From Auanema rhodensis (Eukaryota; Animalia; Nematoda), in assembly GCA_964057225.1 (NCBI GenBank), contig OZ059899.1, positions 7,812,001 to 7,876,000 on the forward strand: 64,000 bases of DNA. The letters are read 5' to 3'. The translations under genes were made by a program, and so were the position numbers. Positions 46,637-64,000 of this stretch are shown here, in pieces. Within the stretch, counting starts at the first letter, position 1, and the number at the start of each line of letters is the position of its first letter. The notes beneath the pieces are model-generated. The model made no database searches, was not told the origin of the DNA, and worked only from the letters and a program-made list of their open reading frames with translations.

Positions 46637-48067
46637 TTTTTCTCTCTTGCACCCTCACATAATCACTCTTTCTATTCAAAATTAAAACTATAGTTAATAA
46701 TTTAATATAATATATGAAAATCATATAACATAAAATAAAATTCCACTTTTTTTTATTGTAAAACAACTTCAAAAGCTGTTTATCTTAGTTAGTTATAATA
46801 TTTATTAAATATAATATATTTTTATTACTTTATTTGATATATTAAACTTTTTTATTTGAAATCTTTTGATTATAATAATATATGATAGAAACATTTAGAT
46901 TATTTATACAATATATAACTAAATAAGCTATATGTATTAGAACGGAAAACTTGTTTGGTTTCCTGGCTTTCACAGAGAGACAGTGAATAAATCTTTTACT
47001 TTCTTATAAACACTGCTTTTTCCTTATTTTTTTCATTTATTTTATTATCTCCTAGTTTTTTTCTTTTTTTCTTTTCTTTTGTATATCTTCTTCATTTTTT
47101 TTGTTTCTCATGTCATCGCCCTATCCCGGTTACTATTCTTTTTTTTTGGTTTGCTAACTACATATTCTTCTATGATTTTTTAAAATATCATTGTTTTTTT
47201 AAAAAGAAAACCTTATTCATAAATAATTTTATTTTGTTAGATGTTGATGTGTTATAACATATATATTCGTATAAAACTAGAACACATTTCTACAGTTGTT
47301 CTTTATCTTTCTTTTCATAATAACATAATAAACAAACATATTTAAAACTTAAGAATATCATGTTTTTTCCTTTATTTCCTTTCTTTTTGGTATCTTTTCG
47401 TTTAAAAGTTTACTTAGATCATTCATATAACCTCATCTATGTATGCATTGTCTTTCTCTAGGCAAGAATTGAAGGATATTCACAAGCTTTGGAGATATAT
47501 TCGGGTTAATCGACAAATTTTCTTCATGACTTAGCATAACTTTGACATTTCTAAACGACAATTTATAAGCATGAGACTTTATATATTCTCTTTTATTTGT
47601 AGTTTTAAAAAAAGAACATTTTTATATGATAAAAGTGCAATAAGATATAATATAATTCATGTGAATATACATACATACTATACATACATAGTATGGGTTG
47701 AAGATGTGTACATGATATTAATCCATAAAATTATAATTATATTGTTTTAAATAATACAATGAAGCATTTTAATATGAAAAAATAGCAAAAAATATTAATA
47801 TTCGACCACCTTGAAGTGAATAAAAACGATTTTCAAAGTTGGAGGCATACTGAAAGACTCATCCTTCATCATTACAACAAAATCACATTTTACTTTCGGC
47901 AGATCTATCATAACAGCCACACATCATTATACAACACTGCCATCTGATATTAGCCTCTCAATCAATTTTATTCTTTCTTCACTTCAATCCTCTTTGATTT
48001 TTAAATTTTTCTAATTTTTCTTATAATATCTTTTCTTCGGTTTTCTGTTTCATTCAATCTATATCTC

Positions 48068-48149
48068 ATGATATATCTCTTGTAAGATCACTTCTAAGCT
48101 ACATAGGTAGTATAGAAGTGATCTTACATGAGATCTATGTATATATCAT
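48068..48149. other. Near-perfect inverted repeat / hairpin (pre-miRNA-like or MITE remnant)
   Basis: Arms 48075-48102 and 48107-48134 pair at 25 of 28 positions, including a perfect 16-bp TGTAAGATCACTTCTA/TAGAAGTGATCTTACA. The loop is 4 nt, and outer ATGATATAT/ATATATCAT pairing extends the stem. Confidence 0.6.
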
Positions 48150-50135
48150 AAAAAGTATTCTCTTATAATATTCAGAAATGAAGTTTGTTATGTGATATGC
48201 TCATGCTTTAAACGTTTATAAGCATATTATATGTTTTCTATTCTATTTAAACTTTTTAAATTTATTGATAAAAATTATTATTTTTATAAATTATTGTTAA
48301 TCCCTTCATAATTCTGAATATTTCTTTAAAATCAAATTTTTATTCTCAAATATTTTTTTATAATTTTTCTATTTCTCTGACAATCTGATAGTTAGTACTT
48401 CTTGAGCTTCTTCACCGGTTTTTCTCTTATCATTTGTCTTTTTTTTTAAAAATATTTGTTTTATTTCATGTTCAGACAACTTCAGACTATAAGTATTTTC
48501 TATTTTCTTCTATTTTCATGTATCTTCTAGGTACTAGCTCCTCTTATTGACTGTAGAATTTTTGTTTTTTTCATACAAATTAAATTGAAAATTTATTACA
48601 AATAGGTCCTATTGTTTTACATATACATAGTTAACTATTATATATATTTATATATAATATGAAATAATATTTTAAATGTTAATGCTCAAGTACAGTAAAC
48701 ACATACACAAACATCATATGTTTCTAGTAAACAAACGTTATTTCCGTTTATTTCTGATTAAGTTGTGAAAATTTTCAGTTTATGTGACACATCTGCTTAG
48801 AAATTAAACAAGATGTTCCATTTGAATATAGATTGAACTGAATTAGATAACAAGTCAGTCACTCCTTTTTCAGTTATTTTTATTTCAATATTTCCATATT
48901 TTCTTTTATATTTGTTTATTCTCTTTAAATTTATACATGTATATATGTATGTTCTAGCCAAAATATTTTTTATCTTTGAATCTGTTCTTGTACAATTCTT
49001 CCAAAAAAAATTTTTTTTCCAGCTACAACTATGAAAAAATGAAAATTTCTATCAATATATTCCTATATTTTATTCTATTTGTGCAACTTATATTATACAT
49101 ATATTATATGTTTATATTATATTATCTTATTATATTTCTTTTAATTTGTTTCAAATAGTGTCATTTCACCAGAATATCAAACAACTAACCAGGTGATCTT
49201 GTTAGTAATAGTATTCTATTTTCCTCTAAAATTCAAAAAAATCAAAACTTTAATAAATAAATTTATTAACTTTTAAAGCAACAGTAATTATTACTTTCAT
49301 AATAATCTTTATTTTTAATATAAATATAATGTTGTGATAATTTAAAATATGTAGATAGGTCTTCGGCATCTCCTTGTCTTGTTTGACGTGTCGCTCCCAC
49401 GCAACCACTCGTGTTTCTTAGACTGATTTGTCTTGTTGCTCTGAGGACACGTCAACCAAAGAACTGCTTATCAAATTCTGCGATTCTTTGTTCTCATCAT
49501 TAGTATCATCGTCTATCTTTTCTTTGACTTCTTTTCCATTATCAATACGTCGGCTCAAACGACAGCATAGAGAGAACCGTCATGTCAAGGGTTAGTAAAA
49601 GGAGGGGAGGAAGACGGGATTCATGTAGTAGATGAAGAGGATAAAGGTAAGATAGAGCAAAATATAGTGAGGATATCAGGAGGCCGTTGTGGCTTGTATC
49701 TACAGTTTGTTTGATTTGAGCGTATTCCACCTCTTTCGTTTTCTTGTCAATATCGCTCGTTTAACATCTTGCAGCCTGCCAACAACCTCATGGCTTCTGT
49801 ATTGCATGCCTTTTTCTCTTTATCTCTTAACTGTTCCATTTGTCGTTCACTCTGTTATATCTTGTTCTTTTGTCTCCTCCCATCTCTTTCGTCGTTCAAA
49901 AGAAATGATTTTCGAAAATTTCACAACTCTTACAGACTAAGAAGTTTTATGAAAAAATGTTCTGACTTTTCTTGATTGTTTTTAGAATAACTATATACTT
50001 ATAATCAAATTTATTTATATTTTCAGCATATCCTAATCAGCTTATCTAAATCATATAAGCACAACTAACTGTGCTTTGCCAGTGATCAAATGCCAGCAGC
50101 TGAACTATAGAAAATAACTGTTTTGACTGTTTATT

Positions 50136-52929
<2,794 letters not shown>

Positions 52930-54284
52930 AATTAAAGGTTTAATAACCTTTTATTAGTTTTCGTCTCCTAATTGTCATATAACTGAAGAGCTGAAAAACC
53001 ATCGGGTTTTCTATTGTCCATTCTTCTTCAATCTGGTCTTTTATTTCAAACTTTGCTATATATAATCGTATCAGATATATATTTCATTTAATAATTAAGT
53101 ATAAGAAAAAATGATGTGAAATAGTCATAAGTTTAACTAGATGATATAGTTAATAATCACACATTTCCGAAAAAATGTTCTTTCACAGCTGTTGACCAAA
53201 CATTTAAAAAAATAATGTTGTCCTAGTTTATTGTTCATTCAAATTTCACAAAAAAAATATTTATCTCAATCACTCCCACTCAAATATTTCATATCTTTCT
53301 ATTTAAAAGTTAAGAGAGCATAAGAAACTTTCTCTGACCATGATATGTTTATTGTTGTTTTGTGCCTTAAAATCTCTTCTTTCGATTTCTAGGTTTTATC
53401 TTTCTATCTTTCTATCTATCTATCTATCTATCCCATTAGCATTACTGTTCATGTGTTTTCTTAACTTCAGACATTGACGTCGTCAACTGGAATGACTTCA
53501 GAATCTTATTCTTCTCTCTCATCTGGTCTCCGACGTCTCCTCTATTTCCCCCAAATGACATTCCCACGGGCTGTACTCTTGCCTTTTTGACCCTGGTATG
53601 ACAGTTTCCCTGTAATATTTTAATTTTTTTCTTCATTTTTTTTACTCTGAGAAAAATATCTTGTAAAGATTTTTATATATAATACAATCATAAAATTGAT
53701 TTGCATTTACATTTACATAAAAACTTGTTATTATGATGAATTTTGATATATACATATTGAAAGAATAATATTTAATTTACGTTTCTATATCGAATCATCA
53801 AGTTTAGATTTTGTATATTTGAATTGTTTGTATATAAAAGTCATTTTTAAAATATAAGTATTTATTTATTAATTTAATAGAACAAAGTACTGGCAATATT
53901 TTTGGAAACAATACCATAATTAACGGCAAAATGAATAAAAAAGTTGTTGATAGATGTTATTCAATAACTTTTTTTGAGACGGCACATCACATTTTTTTTT
54001 AAATTTAAAGACAAAGGTTGCTGAGAAAAAAAAAGATGTGAAAAACAGAAGGATTTGCGTATTTAAAATGAAATTAATAGTACCTAATAAGGTATAGATT
54101 AATATAAAAATTGTTGTTAGCGAATATAAACATATAGTTAGAGCTGCGCATTACAACAATTAAATTCTTTTTTTTTTAATTTGAATTCAATAGATTGTAA
54201 AATTCAAAGAGATTATTGCTTTGCACAGAATTTTTAAAAACAGAAAACAATATTCTGGAGCTTAACATTGATGTCCCTCGCTCA

Positions 54285-62055
<7,771 letters not shown>

Positions 62056-63508
62056 CTGAAAATACAAGTATTAAGATAATTATTTAAAAGTTCAGAAAAG
62101 AAACAAGTTTGAAACATCTATTGATTTAACAATTTTTCAGGCAAAAAAATGATGTCCTCAACACATGATAAGTAATAGGTTTCAATGGCCATAAGGACAG
62201 CCAAAACCTGATACGACGAATATTTTTGACAACTGACCAGAAAGCTTTATCTCTTTATCTTAACAGAAACTTAATAGTAGTATAAGTGTTCAAAAAAATT
62301 ATCTTGAATTTTTAGTGAATTTTCATATGAGTTTGATTACTGTTTGAATTTCAGAAAATTTATCTCTAAACCTTTCAAGAAAAGCTCTAGCATTGAATTT
62401 AAGAAATCAATTAAGAAATTGATGAAATGAATATCAATGTAAGGAAGAAAAATAGAATATAATGATTGTATATGCTGATGATATATCATTTTCTAATAGG
62501 TTAGAGCTCACAAAAAGATTTCTTGTTGTTCGATAACGTCGTTCACTTGTGTCAATTTGAATTTCAAGTATAATCTTTGTATTAGCATTCAATGTCTTTC
62601 CCCGAAATGTTAACTGATATTCCGTAGAAAATAGCTTTTTTTCATTTTTTTAATGAAAGAGCGATGTTACAAAATTTAATGTTAGTTGAAAAAACGACGA
62701 ATATTCAGGTACAAGGACCTCTTTACGTACTGCACAGTGATAGAAATTCAGAAAAAGAAGATGAGAGAAAAGAAACAACTGTTAGCCATCTTCTGATGAA
62801 TAGCTTAAGATGAAGAAATAGTGATTGAATTTTTGGAATAAATTGTGAACGATTCATATTTAACAAGTAAACTATTTATCAAAATATATTAATTATTAAA
62901 AGAAAAGATAAATGTTCTTTTAATATTTTTTTGTAATTTTAAGCTTATTTCCTGATAAATTTCTTATCTTTGTCGATAAGACATGATAGTTTAAATAACT
63001 TTATCTCATCAACGTTCCAGAACGAAATTAAAATTTCGTTTTGTTATTTGAAAGTAGTTCTTTTGTATTAAAGTTTTATCCTCTACCTAGTCAAAGTCCG
63101 TTTTATTATACACTACTTTGTAATGAACATAAGCAAGCTATCAATCAGCTAGTTTTTTCAATTCAAAAGCGTTTTCTCATCCATCTACGTCGGCATTTTC
63201 GATGAACCATCGAGCATTAGTGCATTGATAAAAGGATCAAAGAAGGTCGGGATAGACAAAAGAGAGAAAGAAATTGAGAGATATCAAAGCTTTATATATA
63301 GAGAGAAAGAGAAATAAGAGGTACGAATAGAAAGAAAGGGCCAGTTGTAATCTTTCCCCTCACCTCTTCTTCTCTATCTCTGTTAATTACGAGAACAATC
63401 ATCATCTTCGTTTGGGAAATACAAAAAATGTTGTCTTCTTCCCGTTGACCTCTTAATATTTTCTCTCTTTCTCTCTAGTCATCTTCTTGTTCATAACTCT
63501 CTAATATC

Positions 63509-63539
<31 letters not shown>

Positions 63540-64000
63540 TAATGTCATTTTTGGTTTTAAACCATAGATGCTGTAAGTCGACAGTCTTCAATCGGCTTAT
63601 TTTGATATCTAAATCAGATAATGGGAATATCGAATATTGATAATAAAGAAGAAATATTTACAAGATAGAGCATTAATATCTAAAAATACAAAAATAAAAA
63701 CCTTTAAGTAAGCATTTGATTTCAGTAACGATATGATAATCTCAACAAGGTTTGTTCTATTAACTGTTCAGACATTTTCCTCTTTATCTTAACATGTTTA
63801 AAATGAAAGGCTAATATGCTTCTTAATGTATCATAAGTATAGAAGTTGTCAGTTCGATAATACTTCGCGAGAGTGTCGCAGTATTATGATGGTGACCGAC
63901 GCCAAATGTCGTCTTACACATTGAAATGGTATTGAAAATATTTTGAATTTTTAAAGTTATTATCGATTACTATAGTATAGTTTACTCACATGTATATATA

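Noticed and set aside
43456-46772. Hydrophobic or ER-repeat ORFs between the ptr gene and ace-1, and a miR-58/81-like string near 43772
   Set aside because: The ORFs derive from CT/GA tracts. TCAGATCATCGT mismatches the UGAGAUC seed and has no clear precursor.
62130-62210. Candidate let-2 signal-peptide exon
   Set aside because: No convincing ATG, hydrophobic core or phase-0 donor.

Overview
Eukaryotic, very AT-rich, intron-dense nematode genomic DNA, with introns mostly 40-60 nt and TTTCAG/TTTTAG acceptors. It looks like a clade V (rhabditid/strongylid-type) species; the species cannot be fixed from sequence alone. Hand-spliced gene content in order: GARNL3-type RapGAP-CNH (+), moulting astacin nas-37 (-), two short orphan genes (-), a small Cys-rich type I membrane protein (+), a small secreted 6-Cys protein (+), rab-6.2 (-) with an antisense gene nested in intron 3, two tandem medium-chain acyl-CoA dehydrogenases that look like an SL2 operon (+), a 40-aa membrane microprotein (+), a patched-related gene (+), acetylcholinesterase ace-1 (+) and collagen IV alpha-2 let-2 (-, first exon not found). 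Several recognised orthologues are X-linked in C. elegans. The best leads are RNA-processing features: (i) two alternative CxC-terminated last exons in rab-6.2 with RBFOX/STAR motifs upstream; (ii) the let-2 mutually exclusive exon pair flanked by nested, competing intronic stem-loops; (iii) the nested antisense gene; (iv) a near-perfect pre-miRNA-like hairpin upstream of ace-1; (v) several spliced microproteins that the ORF track misses. No CRISPR, rRNA, tRNA or intact transposon was seen. All gene models were spliced by eye and no searches or folding were run.
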